In this document: in pieces, positions 25,541 to 38,589 of the stretch
Layout: each line of letters starts with the position of its first letter
Position numbering within the stretch: the first letter of the stretch is position 1
NCBI GenBank assembly: GCA_964270895.1
Contig: OZ185439.1
Strand: one strand, 5' to 3'
DNA from: Podarcis filfolensis
Taxonomy: Eukaryota
DNA length: 64,000 nucleotides
Notes under the pieces: generated by a model
The model's database searches: none
Seen by the model: the letters and a program-made list of their open reading frames with translations, nothing else
What the model was told of the DNA's origin: nothing
Program-made: the position numbers and the translations under genes

Positions 25541-26699
25541 AACAAGTGGGACCTACAACAAAATGGTGCAGCGTGCGCACTCACTGTTAAGTGTTGAAGC
25601 TATTCCCTTGCCCCATTCCTGGTTTCTCATCCCCTCTCCGCAGCCAGTCAGCATTCCATGCCTTCTAAATATACTCAGTTTTTGGTCTCTCCACTTTTAG
25701 GTTTTCCCCTCCCCTAAAGGATTTTTTTTGGGGGGGAGGGGAGTAACTTCTGTGAACCACTGGGTTATCCTGCGCATACCAGTGCTGCCTCCTTGTATCT
25801 GGGTGCTGATGTATTGGTTACTTATGCAACCACACTCTGGTAACTGAGATTTCTGTTAGTATGTAGTAATAGCAGCAGCAGCAGCAATAATAATAGCCTC
25901 TAATAGTACAAACTTGTGGGTGTAGCTGGGAAACCAGACATGTGACTCCTTCATGCTGAAGCAAAGTCTGTTCAGCGTTGTTTGTTTCTCTCCGTGGAGA
26001 ATTCATTCTGGCTCAATCAGATCATGGTGCACTTTCTCTTGCGCTGCTCTTGGTAGGTGGAGTGCTTCCAAAGTGCATGTCTTGTTGCGGCAAGAATGGA
26101 CAGAAAAACAAATGACTTGTGATCCCAAAAGACGTGTCTGGCTCTGTTATCAACATATTGCAAAACACCCTGGGCCCCTCTTCCTTTTTTATATTCAGCA
26201 TATATTTTAAAGAGGATCACCTGGCTGAAAACTTAGGATATATTATTCAGCTGTTGATTTACACACCGTGATATCACATCTGCCTTTTAATAATCATGTG
26301 GGAATCTTCTTGGGTTCGCGTACATGACCACCACTCACAAATTCTGCTTTTCATAGTGTAAATGTCACTACAGGCAGCTCACCAGCTACTTTGCCCTCAC
26401 CCCCACCCCACATGGCCCATAATGCCTATAATCAGATACTATTCCATAATACAGGGGGGGGGGACACTGGTTTTCTGAATTGCCACCCTGCAGAGTTCGC
26501 AAACTGTGGTCCACATGAGCTTCAGTCAAGTGGTCTCTGGCATGTGTGCAAAGAACATCCATTGAGCTAAAAATCCACTTGTTGCATTTTTCACATAGAT
26601 ATTCCTATTGATTTTTAAATGTATTGAAATTTCACATGTCGCATCTAGCGCAGTGCATTACATTTGCTAAACAAGACGCAGAAACATCCTTTAATTGTC

Positions 26700-28990
26700 T
26701 GCCACGAACCTTAGCGATTTTCAAGTGACGGTGGATTCATTCTTAGTTTATATAGAGCAGTGACTCCTACTGGAAAGAAGGCAAAAACTTTCCAGTAGGA
26801 GGCGTGGTCCTCAGCAGGAACGTTTTCCTGCAGCATCTACACGCAGAAAGCCTTAGTAAGTCAAATTTCCGTTTCCCCCTTCCATACTTCTGAGAAGCCA
26901 GCGTGTTCCTGTTTCTTCCGTAACCACCCAGGCACGCCCACCCGTCGCTTTCGGGTATGCGTGCAGTTCCTCCATTTTTCAGTTTAATTTGTTGCACTTC
27001 TTAGCATTCAGGGAAGCTTTTCATTGAAATCAGCGGCACTTGCTTATCTGCAAATATGATCACGATCGATCTGCAAGTAGGTTCAAGACCAAGGTTTGTA
27101 AGGCAATCGTGGCTCTCTACCCAGCAGGGCTCGCGGGAGAGTTCCTTCCCAATAAATGTTCTGTCGAAGTCATTACTTTTGCACGCAGCAGAATATATGG
27201 GGAATATTCAAATGTTAGGGTATGCCCTCCCACCGCTGTAAAAATGTTTTGTGAGATTATAACTGCAATGCAATCAAAAAATTAAAGTAACGAAGCTGAT
27301 CCATTGGCATGTTAACTCTCTTTGGAAGGTTTGCAACTGATAAATTCTGACGTTGGAGTAAATCGGCATGTAAAATACTGCAGCGTTAAAGGAATCTCAA
27401 AAGCAAACTAGCCTTGCCAACAGGCCGGAAATCGACGGAACGCCTCTAAGCAAAATCATCTGCGCCAGTGAAAAATGGCTGTTAAAGGAGCTTCTGACAA
27501 CCCCGGAAAAAAAGTCTCACAAACACCCGCCCTTCTCGGGTGGGAAGGCCCACTATTCTAATTATGCGGGCAACCTCGTCCAATAGCTTTCCTCCTTCCG
27601 CTCCGTAGGCGGGACTACCCCGCCACTTTAAACGTGGGGGGAAGTACAAGGTTGTTTGAAAACAGTCGCAAGTGGAGAAATCTGGTGCTGATCTGCCGAG
27701 GAGAAAGCTAGGCGAGAGAGAGAGAGGGAGAGTTTGTGGGCCAGAGTTTTATGATCAACAGCTTCTGGGTAAAAGCAAGAGGAGGAAAAGGGTGACTTTC
27801 TCACATTTTCATTCTTTAAGTAGCTGTTGATTTAGGCTGCTACGTCTTTGCCTCTCGTTGTCATTTGCTGCTGAAAAGAAACCCAGACATGCAAAGCAAG
27901 CGGCGTGCGAGCTCGGTGCAAAAATGTGAGCGGAAATCCCCGTATCTGAGCAAAAGGAGCTGTTCCTAAACGGCTTCTCGGCAATCGAGTTCGGCTCGAT
28001 TTTTTTAAAAAGCGAATTGATAATGCATTTTGGCTATAACGGTTGGGAAAGGGGATAACAATTTTATGATTGCTGCCTCTTTTTTAGTGTTTCGTCATAC
28101 TGCACCCCGATTTTATGCATGCTTTTTCGAAATTAAGTTCCACTGTATGCAGTGAACTTTGCTCCAGGCAAGGGTGTGTTTCCTTAGACTGCGCTTTTTG
28201 CCGATCCTGTGCTGTTCTGGGACATAAATTCCATTGTGTTCATAGATTTTGCAAGCGAGAAAATGGGCATAAGACTGTAATCTGTGGGCGGCATGTAACC
28301 CGAACCTCTGCATCTTTCCTCGGAAGGAAGCCCCTTTCGTACAAAGTGCATAGAATCGAAAGTGGTGTCAGCGGGACTTTTCACCTGGGTCCTGTAGCAA
28401 GTCATTTCGGAAATTAGCCCAATGGCGCCCAAGGGGGCATGCTCCTAGGTAAGCGTGCAGTGGAATGGTGTGCGCCTTGCTGCAGATGCGCCCAGTTGCT
28501 TTAAGTAGGATTGTGGTGGGGAAAATGAAGTGCTGCTATTGCGTGTCAGTGGTCTTTTATTCGGTTTTCTGAAGGTTGCTGCTTTTGTGATCTGTTCTGG
28601 CTACTACTTGGGCTTGTTTAGATGCATCTAGACTTCCCACCTAGTTTAATGGAGGCTTCGATAAACTTATGCAGGGTGCATTCGGATTCATTTTCAGTGC
28701 TTCAGTTAGGGGCTAGTGGTATTGTGAAGTGCGAGGCGACGACATTGGCGTTTAGATGGCATAATTTGCAGGTAAGTCGAGAGAACCAGTAAACTCCCTA
28801 ACTGGAGGTAGGACGCTGCGTAGCACAGTTGCGATTGGCCAGTGCAACTTCTCTTCCAGAGACTTGCCAATAGGTTTCGCTTATCTTCATTGCCTGATTG
28901 GGAAGGAATGTTTTCCCCGTGTCTGATTGGCTAGCGACTTTGATGGTGTTTTGCTTTTCCTGCAACACGTGGCTTGGCATTTGGTTTGCT
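26700..28990 (+). promoter_or_regulatory. Orphan CpG-retaining promoter-like region upstream of PDCD4
   Basis: CpG enrichment relative to flanks, CCAAT 27580, inverted GGCGGG/CCCGCC 27608-27624, TTTGAA 27655, donors after 28448 and 28771, and four CCAAT boxes at 28834-28930. Confidence 0.55.
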
Positions 28991-29705
28991 GGAGTCTTGT
29001 GGTGCAGTGCTATTTGCCTAGTTGGAGTGCGATATTTCTAAGATATCCTTTCTTTATGCTTGGGTCACTTTCTGGTTAGATGGCTTTGGATTTGAACAAG
29101 GAAACTGACTAGAGAGTAGCTTTGGTTCTTTCAGACAGCATGGTTTTGTGACTCTTTGAGAAACAATAAGCCAGGTTTCAGCCTCTCATAATTGCTCAGC
29201 TACTAAATTGCAATTTAGACTCTTTACAGAGTTTTATGCAACGCTTCAAAGGACACCTTGTGGGAACTAGGGCAGTGGAGTGTTTAGGGCAATGTGGAGA
29301 CAGGAGTTTGAAAATATGCTTCTCTTGGATCACGACAGCAATATTCTTACCTCCTAAGTTTTCTTAATGGTGAGACTTTAATGAGTGATACAAATTTGTG
29401 CATCAATAGAAACTCATTTTGCAGCATTTCCCCCCTTTGATTGCTCACTGCCACAGAATCTAGTGATGGCCACAGACTTGAAGGATAAGGCTATCAGTGG
29501 CTATTATTGTAGGTGGTAGGCCAGTGAATACCATTTTCAGTGAATCACCTGAAACCGTGTTCATGTCCTACTTGTGGACTTCTCATCTTTAGTCTGACCC
29601 AGAAAGGCTCCTCTTCTGCTTTTAGGATGTAGTTCCAACCTGTGGTACGGGTAATGGATTCTGCAGTACCCCTGGATAAAAACAGGAGGGTGCAGCAGAG
29701 GCTGC

Positions 29706-29711
<6 letters not shown>

Positions 29712-29754
<43 letters not shown>
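29712..29754. repeat. (TA)n microsatellite
   Basis: Perfect dinucleotide run. Confidence 0.95.
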
Positions 29755-29756
<2 letters not shown>

Positions 29757-31299
29757 TAGCAGTGTTTAAAAAGCTCAGCACCAGTGGTTTAACATATCCC
29801 ATGTAGCAATTATTTTCTATAGCTAGAGGATTTGTGTGCTTAAATGATTCCAGGGAATGGCTGGATGTGAAGAGGCGGTGGGATGATATTCTGTTTGTTG
29901 TTAGGAAGGATACCAACTTTTGATTTGTGGAGATTCTGCCTGGCGGAAGCAAATTCTGGCATCGGTGAATCTGCTTGCTAGGTAAATGTTCACATGGTAA
30001 ATTTCTGCCTGTCATATAGCTCTAAAGGCAAAAGAGGCCTGCGAGGTAAAACCTAGCAGTGCTTAGTTCTTGAATGTTTATAAGTTACAACTTGGGTGCT
30101 TGTGCTTCAAAACATTTCAAAGACAAATCAGGAAGTGACTTGTGGATCTCAAACTGTTGTCGGTGTGCATTTATAATTAAGCCATTAGAGTGGCGTCATT
30201 ACCTCTTTCCAAACTACATCTGGGAATCTGCATAAACACAGTAAATATGTTACTCATGTACTTATACAGATTCCCTGATGTTTACATTACAGGTTAGGTA
30301 TGCGTTGCATGTTGACATACAAACAATTACTGACTTGCGTTAAGAACCTGTAGTAACAACACTAGCCTTTTAATTCTTGTATAGCTCTTAACTACTTAAG
30401 TTTATGTTGAAGCCTGTGCTATTACAGTTCAGAACCTTACATTTAAACTGCCCTGTACTCAAGGGGGTGCATCTATAGACAGATCAATACATTTGCTTAC
30501 AGAGGAGAAATACAGTCACAGAATGGGACTACACCATATATAATCTTATCCCTAAAAGAGCTCTGGGATGTGGCATCCTGGGAGAATCAGTGATGTATAT
30601 CAGCTTGTCTTGGCAATGAATATCTAAGAGTAATAATATTTCATAACAACATTAGCATTAAGCCTTCTAATTAAGTACGGCTGTACAGCATTCAGTGTTA
30701 TGCACAGTATGTAATTAATAGGGAGGCTCTGAGTATACTTTAAGAAAATAAATTAAACTGTCTGTAAGGTCAAGAAAAGGTCTTTTTGAGAGGGTGGAGG
30801 TTGGTTAATCATAAGCTGTGTGCACATATCAATCTTCAAACTGCTTAAGCCAGCCATTTCAGAGACTCTGACTACATAGGATTTAACTCGTTTACTTGCA
30901 ATTTTGTGACCTTTGCATTTTTTATGCGAGCTTAACATAAATAGGATTTTGTAGGCTCACTTTCATTTTTTAGTACTGACTCTGAAGACTGCAGTTGTGA
31001 ATCAGTTGTTCGAAACTTCAGGAACAGCCATCTTCCCAACCATAGCCTTGTGCTGGCTCAGTAAACTTCAAACATCAAAGGGCCTTCATGATTTGCTTGG
31101 GGCAGGAATAGCAAGGAGAGGAAAAAGAGGCAAAAGGTTCTTGTTTCAGACATCAGACAATAGCATGAAGATAACAAAGGGCCAAATACAGAATGACCTT
31201 GACAGCTTGAGACACATTATCTAAGGCAATGTCCTATGTTCCTTGATAGAACAAATTCACTTGATTTTACTAACTGCACAATCCTGTGTATTTTTAATG

Positions 31300-31470
31300 G
31301 TATTTATTATTACATTTGTATCCCATTTTTTCTCTAAGTTCCTCACACAGCAAACCTGTGAGGTAGGTTAGAATGAAAAACAGTGACTGATCCAGCGTCA
31401 CCCAGCTGAGTGAGGATTTGAACCCTGGGCTCCCAGCACCTAGTTTAACAATCTAACCATTACACCACCC
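31300..31470 (-). mobile_element. MIR/CORE-SINE-like element
   Basis: caaacctgtgaggtagg..cagtgact..gtcacccagc..ggatttgaaccctgggctccc (box B on -). Confidence 0.7.
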
Positions 31471-32059
31471 TCACTCAGTAGTAAAGTATTTCTCATTAAG
31501 TGCAATGAAAATTACTTCCTAGTTAGTGAGCAGTGCAGCCTAAAAGTGTTTTGAAATGTGTGGTATAGGGTTGACAACCTTTTTCAGGCTGTCATGGAGC
31601 TGACACAAATGCTTTTTTAAAAAATGCAGCAATTGCATTCTTTCTCATCATAGCAGCTCTTTACTGGGTACCGGTAAGTGCCACCTCCTTAATTTTTTCT
31701 CATGTGGTAGGTGTGAAAGGCTGAGCTCCTCCAACTTTAAGCATAACCATTTGCACCTTTACCTGTAAGCCCCAATAATGGGACTTCCTTGAAAGTAAAC
31801 ATATGGAAGCTCGAGGATAAAATGTAATAAACAGATCTCTAGGCCATGTGCTTCTCTATAACTTGATAGCCTCTGGGAAGAACTGGAGTTTTATTTGATA
31901 CATGACTGGGAGCCAAAGAAGCGAGAGCCCTCCACCACACCTTTTTATCAGCCCCAAGCAGAAAATGTTGAGTGGGCAAATCTCCAGGCTACAGTGAGGC
32001 AGCTCTATGGCTTCCTCTGTGGCCCCTTGGCTAAAGATACTTCCCCCACCCTCCACCCC

Positions 32060-32660
32060 CACCTGGATTTTCGATGGTCTCACCCACCCGTCGCGTCACG
32101 TCACACGCCCTTTCCCGTCCCCTCCATTTTGACACTCATAACTCATTTGTTTTCCAACTGGTTTTTTGTTTTGAACGCCCTTTCGGAGTCCCTTTTTCCA
32201 TTGGCTGTTGCGGGCCCCAGGGCGAGGCTGAGCCAATCAGGGTCGGCCGCTCGTGGCCGTGTTGCTGGGCAGAACAAAAACAAACACCGTGTGGCGCAGC
32301 TCCGGGGCCGCCGCCTACGGTAATGTCCCCACCCCCACCACGGCCCCAGAAACGTGAGCACGGGAATGGGGGGGGGGTCTCCCGTTAGGGCTGTGCCCTC
32401 CCGCCTTTCGCGACGCCGAGCGGAGAGGGACGTACGTGTCTGCCGACTCCTCAGGAGGAGGAGGAAGGGGGCCCATTTCCTCGCCTTTCCGCCTCCCTCA
32501 TGCCCGTCATTTGGCCGGTGTATTGGCCGCCCTGCCCCACCTTAGCTCATGAACTGGCCTCACACGACCGATAACGCTCTCCGTAGACAGCGCTGGGCTA
32601 GATGGACGAACAGCCTGGCTTGGCCTAGTGCCGCTTCCCGTGTATTAAAAGGGAGGGGAG
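32060..32660 (+). promoter_or_regulatory. PDCD4: PDCD4 main CpG-island promoter and non-coding exon 1 (donor after 32319)
   Basis: CpG-rich. ATTGG 32200 and CCAAT 32233 are 33 bp apart, there are tandem CGTCA half-sites at about 32094-32103, a forkhead-like ACAAACA at 32280-32286 and a donor TACG|GTAATG. The block ccgtgttgctgggcagaacaaaaacaaac resembles the recalled human PDCD4 5'UTR. Confidence 0.8.
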
Positions 32661-35600
32661 AGCTGCTGTTATGCTGAGTACAGGCCGTATCATTTATTGG
32701 GGCTTCCCATCGTTTTACCTCAGGAGTATATTCTTTCCCTCAGGAAGGGCTTTCTCCGTGATGTGAAGACCGTGCTCAGGAAAATCCTGCTGCTCTTTGA
32801 AAGCATTTTTATTTTTGTTTTGAGGCCGCGTGTTGATTTCAAGGGTGGCAGTTGGGTTTCCACGCAAAAGGCAGTTTGCCTTCCACTGCTGGCCTCACCT
32901 CCTAATGTGTGACTGCTGGGGAGCACTGAGGGGGGCCCCTAGCGGCTATGCTCTTTGTGGAGCAAATGTGAAAACCAGCGGAGACCTAAGTCATTGAATG
33001 TGCACCTTGTAACATGCCCCAGAACTCTGCTGCACACAAGGGGTTTGTGGCAGGCAAATCAATGTCGAAATGGTTAATTGATGTTTGAAAACCACCATTG
33101 TCCTGCCTTATGCATCAAATGCTGATTCACTTACCTGCCAGCTTGCATCTCAGCAGGCTAGATGGTTGATCCTGCATTTTAATGCTTTTGGGGTCAGGAT
33201 GAAGTTGCACTAATTTTTGTACAACACTCCCTCCACTGGATTATATCAGTTTATGTGCACTGATTTTCCCCAACTTGTTCTTGGGACAACTGGATATCAG
33301 TATAGATATTGTTATAGTCCTCTGTATTTCTCAAAAAGATACCCCGTTACGTTTACTTTTGCTGCTAAATGCTTATCCTTCTGAATCTGGTTAAGCATCG
33401 GAATATCCCCTTCTGTGAAATGCAGTAATAAGGGACTCACTGGACTTGGAAGTTTAATATTACAGAATCCATAAGATTTCATTGCCAAAATCGTCTTCTG
33501 AAGAATGAGAGCGTTACCTCACTTTGTAGTTGTTTACTATGCCACTTTGTCAGCATTATCTAAAGACACTTTTATTAGGGTTCATTAGTCAAGCTTTGGC
33601 ATTTGAATTTAAGGCTTCAGCATACCTTAGTCTACTTACAATTTGTGTGACCACAAAAAGTATAACAATGTTATGAGTGTCTATTATATTTTATTGGAAT
33701 GATTAGTCCTTGAAGTGTACAAGTTTAATGAAGTTCAAATAAATGAAGCCCCTGTAAACAACTTAACGTTGCTTTTCAGGATACAATGGTGTGATTCAGA
33801 CATAACAGCAAACCATAGCTTCCTGTTTTGAAAATGAATTATAGCAAGCTTGAGGCCCACCACACTTCATTCTCCCATCCAGAAAAGGAGACAGAAAGAT
33901 TTTGCCTTTGAATTTAAACTTACCACTATTCCCTGTCTGTGGTCTGTTTAAAGTTAAAGTGAGAGAACAAGCTATGATTTGAAACCATGTTTTTCTGGTT
34001 TGTTGTTACGAACTATAGGGTAAAGAAACCATAGCTCCTTAAATTTGGATGTCAGGGAACTGTGACTAGTTTTACACTGAAGTTCCTTCAGGGAGGAGAA
34101 AGTACATAAACCTGAGGTATGATGCAATTTAATATTGTAGTTGAAAACCATTTCCCCATTACATCTGAACCAGGCCAGTTTCTTCACATGGAAACATCCT
34201 CAATAAAGCATTTAATGATTAACAAAATAGTTTTCACGACCATATTGACTCTCTTTACTTAATTTGGATTATGTTTATATTATTTGGTAATCTGGATTAA
34301 TTTAATTTGGCATTCAGGATAAACAAACTGATTGGGTGAGGAGTCTGCTACCACATACCCTTTCAGTACTCTAGAACTACAGGACTGTTTTTGTTGTTGA
34401 GAATAATGATTTAATGTGTGTTGCCTGCTGTTCAGAAACACCATAGAGAAACTACAACATTCTAAGTGCTGTAAGATCAAAAATGAAATGCCTCCTAAAC
34501 CACAGTTTCCTTTACCATTTAAAGGTCTAGCAACAGATGTCACTTAAAAAGTTTAAAAAGATCAACTAACCATACAACCACTTCCCTTTCTTATTTTTAA
34601 AGTGTGTGTCAAACAAGTTGAACACAGGCAGTCATCTGCAGGAGGCAGGTTTTCCATATTATAGACTTCAGGCCTTCAAAAAATTCTGTACTTTTAGAGA
34701 CTGTTCATTGCCAGCTGGAGTGTATGTGTAATAGCAATCGTGAACTGTGTCTCATCAGATGCTTCATTAATTTTGCTATTCTTGTAGCCTCAGGCTCACA
34801 GTTGCCACAAAACCAGGATGGTTTAGCAAGCATGGCTTGCAGTATGTGGCAGACCTGTATTTGTGCAGTCTGATGACTTGTGGATTTCCAGGCCAGTAGT
34901 TTCCAGGCATGTAACAGAAGTGAGAAGAGTTTTCTTCTTAATGAATTTTGTTTTGTTCCTATCCTACACATCCCATTTACCCTTGTGTTAGAGTTAATTT
35001 GTTTATGCTGCAGCACCACATCTCATGGCGTTGGTATGTAGTACTTTTACAACATTTGTGTGTGGCTATGCTGTTAAACTAGAAGTTAATTCTGTGGTTT
35101 TGAACTAGTGGGTTACTATCTAGAACAAGGATGCCCCCCAAGGATTCAGCATTGGCTCCCTCTGCTGTCCTAAGAGATGTGTGGGAAGGGTTTTGGTTTG
35201 CTTGCCACTCCCTACCCATGCTGTCACTTAGAAATTATTTTAATTTCATGAAGGGTTGTACATTTGCATATCCGCGAGATACTGAAGATACATAATTCCA
35301 GTGTTTAATTATACATTTTTCTATATAAACATTGTGCTTTTCCTTTGGATTTGAAGGAGAGTTGATGCATGTAATGGAATACCAAGAGGACAAAAATTAA
35401 CCTTACAAGCTAATAAATCAACTCTCCAATCTTCTGCCTTTTGAGAGATCTGAGGAAACTCTTCTATCGAAAGGAAAGTGCTTCAGAACGTTGCAAACTT
35501 CTGAATGATTGGCTAAGGTAATGTTGAAAAACTCTTTGCTATGAGGTATGATGTGAAAGACCTGATGTCATAATCTCACCACTCAACAATGCATAGTGTT

Positions 35601-36773
35601 TGCTAGATAAAAGGTGGGGGAAGGAGGAAAAAAACTTGGGGCAGATACTGCCTGGGAACACAAATGAGACTGCTGAATGTTTAATGAAAGCTACACAGGT
35701 AAAAATTGTGATGCAAGATATAAGATCTGTTAGGATTATCTGCATACTTTCCCTCTAGTGGAAGTGTTGTAGCTTTGCTATCTAAAACAAATGTGATTAG
35801 ATTTGGATGATGCCAACTTATTTGAGAGTACTACCATGGGGTAAAACACTGGATGAGCTGCAGGTTGGAGGTGAACAGAGAGCAACAGGAATTCCCAGAA
35901 GGTGGTGATCTGTTCTTAGAGTAAAAGGATAAATACAAATAAAGTATCTTTTTCGTTGTTTGATCTGCATGGTATTTTGACAGGACTGATAAAACAATGG
36001 AAGAATTACCAAAAAACAGGTGCTATCCCTACAAAATACCTAAGCAGAACTGGTGCTATATAAATATTAAAACATGGTAGTAAGACTTGCAGCCTAAATA
36101 ATTTCTATTTTGTTGATGTACATAGGTACATAGATGCAAACACTCACACACTCACTAGATAAATAAATAAAAACGCTAGTCTTAATTAAATTTATACCTC
36201 AGTCCTGAACTTGGATGGCAAACAAGCAACTTTCTGTTGTTCCACTGCAAAGTGGAAATAATGATTATGGGTTGTTCGGATAAATGAAGTAAAAAAAAAA
36301 TTTTTATTATGTATTTATAGTCTATAAAAGCATTTCAAGGCAGTATAGGTATGAGAATAAAATCAACAAAAATATGCATAAAAACAAATACTGAGTGGGT
36401 TAAAAAAGAAAATTCATATTACAAAGGCCCATCTAAATAGTATAGTTTTCCAAAAAATGTCTGATAGAAGGGAGGGATGATTCCTGCCAAACTTCTGCTT
36501 GTAGGAATTTACAAATCCTAAGCTTAAGAGAAGTCTTTGGAACAAGAGAATAACTTGGCTGATTCAGTTTCAATAATAAAAATAATAGAAAATTTGCATA
36601 AGGTTTAATGTTTACAAAATATTGTGTGTTACAATTTTATCAAAGAAAGTACGCTGTACAGCTACAGTTTTTATAGTTCTAATTGCACTAAAAGGTTCTA
36701 TTTTTGTGTTTAGGTCTGAAACAACAATATTAAACAATATTTTTGCGTTTGGTTCAGTTACTGTAAAACAGCT

Positions 36774-36816
36774 ATGGAAATAGGAAATGAGCAGACATAC
36801 AACATCAACTTGACAG
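36774..36816 (+). CDS. PDCD4: PDCD4 first coding exon (exon 2; likely acceptor before 36714)
   Basis: ATG at 36774, MEIGNEQTYNINLT plus 1 nt (43 coding nt), donor CAG|GTAAGG. Confidence 0.9.
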
Positions 36817-37792
36817 GTAAGGAATCAGCCCAATTCATTTGCGGTCTTTGATGCTTGAAACGCTGCAAAATGCATTTCCATTATAGAATGGAACACATAA
36901 CTAAACAAAGTTTTTTAAATTGAGAAAATTGTTCCTAATACCTGTACTTATTTAAGCTCTGAGATATGCTACTGGGTTTGTTAATGACTTTGTTGTTCTA
37001 ATTTTACAGTATCCCATTCCATATGCTCTTGGATTTGCATGTTGCATTGTTATAAGAAGTTGAACTAGGTCTTTGTCGCTTACTATTTTCAAAAATCCCC
37101 TTGATTTTTTTTACTTTTGGAAAATACATATTCCTATGTAAAGTAACTACTGTACAATAATCAAGGCCCCCCCAAATTCTAATGTCTTTATTAAAAATAC
37201 ATATTCCACCTTTCCATATTTGTATAGTAATTGTTCAAATCACAGTGAATAAACAAAACAATTTAAAAATCAAAGCTTTTGTATAAATCTCGCGTCTGTA
37301 TAGCACTGCAAGCACAAGAAACACAAAAATACATTTAATACACAGACACCTGTAGGCTTGATGAAAAAGATATGTCATAAGCTGTCCACTGTTATACATA
37401 TGAATGTGGCTTACAAATATAAAAGTGGGGCTATACTTCAGCCACATCATTAAACAAACCCTTCATGAATATAATTTGCAATAGGTAAACTACAATTTTG
37501 TTGCGATATATCCCACTGTGACTATAATACCATGTTAGCTTTTGTCAACTGATTCTTCCTCCTCCACCAAATGCCCCTGAAACATTTCTTCCTGTTCTCA
37601 CCCAATAATTAGTTTGTCACTTTTGCAGGAGAGCTGCAAGAACTAAATCTGTCAAGGATTGTTAAAAACTTTTTTTTTTTTTTTTTGCATGATGCTTAGA
37701 ATGGCGTTGGAACTTTTACCATGTTGGAAATTTGTGTGATTTTAAAATTACTTGCCAATAGCTAAACCTTCCTGTATCTTTCTGTTTTTGAG

Positions 37793-38092
37793 AACTGGAT
37801 AATCTGAGTGATACTCCATTTTCCGGTGATGAAGAAAATGGTGGAACTGAGGAAATAAAACCTGAAATCAATGGTAACTGGAACGCTGTAACGTCGATTA
37901 ATGAAGCTAAGATCAATGCCAGAGCAAAGAGGAGACTGAGAAAAAACTCTTCTAGAGACTCTGGAAGAGGAGATTCAGTGAGTGATAATGGGGAAGCACT
38001 GAAGAATGGAGTCACAGTACCAACAAGTCCAAAGGGAAAGCATCTGGATAGGCGATCTCGTTCAGGAAAGGGAAGGGGTCTACCCAAGAAAG
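37793..38092 (+). CDS. PDCD4: PDCD4 exon 3, including the RLRKNSSRDSGRGDS S6K1/beta-TrCP phosphodegron
   Basis: ttttgag|AA CTG..AAA G|gttggt, 300 bp. Translates (E)LDNLSDTPFSGDEENGG...RSRSGKGRGLPKK. Confidence 0.95.
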
Positions 38093-38589
38093 GTTGGTGT
38101 GTTTTGAATTCACAGCAAACAGAAATAACCTATTGAGAGTTTATCTAGGTTTAGATTGATCTTCATTTTGTACTTATTCCTAAATGTTTTGTTTTACATT
38201 AATTTGATAGCAACAAGAATAGAGATCTGCATAGTTTATATCTGCATGTATAATACTTTTTCTAATTTAGAACTCTGAAATTTTAAGGTTCATAATTTTA
38301 ATATGAAATTGTTAATTAAATAAAACAAACACAAATACTTGGAGACTTGATAATGACTGCTGCAGATAGCTTATGCTGTTCTATTTAGCCTGATTAAAAA
38401 TGATTGCCTCCTGTCTTGTTCATATTAGGAAGATAGTGAACAGTGTCAGCTTTGCTGTTCAGCTTCTGTGAGCCTTTCATGTGAATTTGAAAACTAGATT
38501 TCTATGAAAGGTTAGAGTGCAGTAATAAGACAAAAAATAACACTGACTTGTAGTCTGGTTCTCATCTTTGCTGTTAAACTTTTTTTCAG

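Noticed and set aside
31895-32323. 142-aa ORF across the PDCD4 promoter
   Set aside because: It starts upstream of the likely TSS, runs through promoter motifs and stops at the donor; no homology is recognisable.
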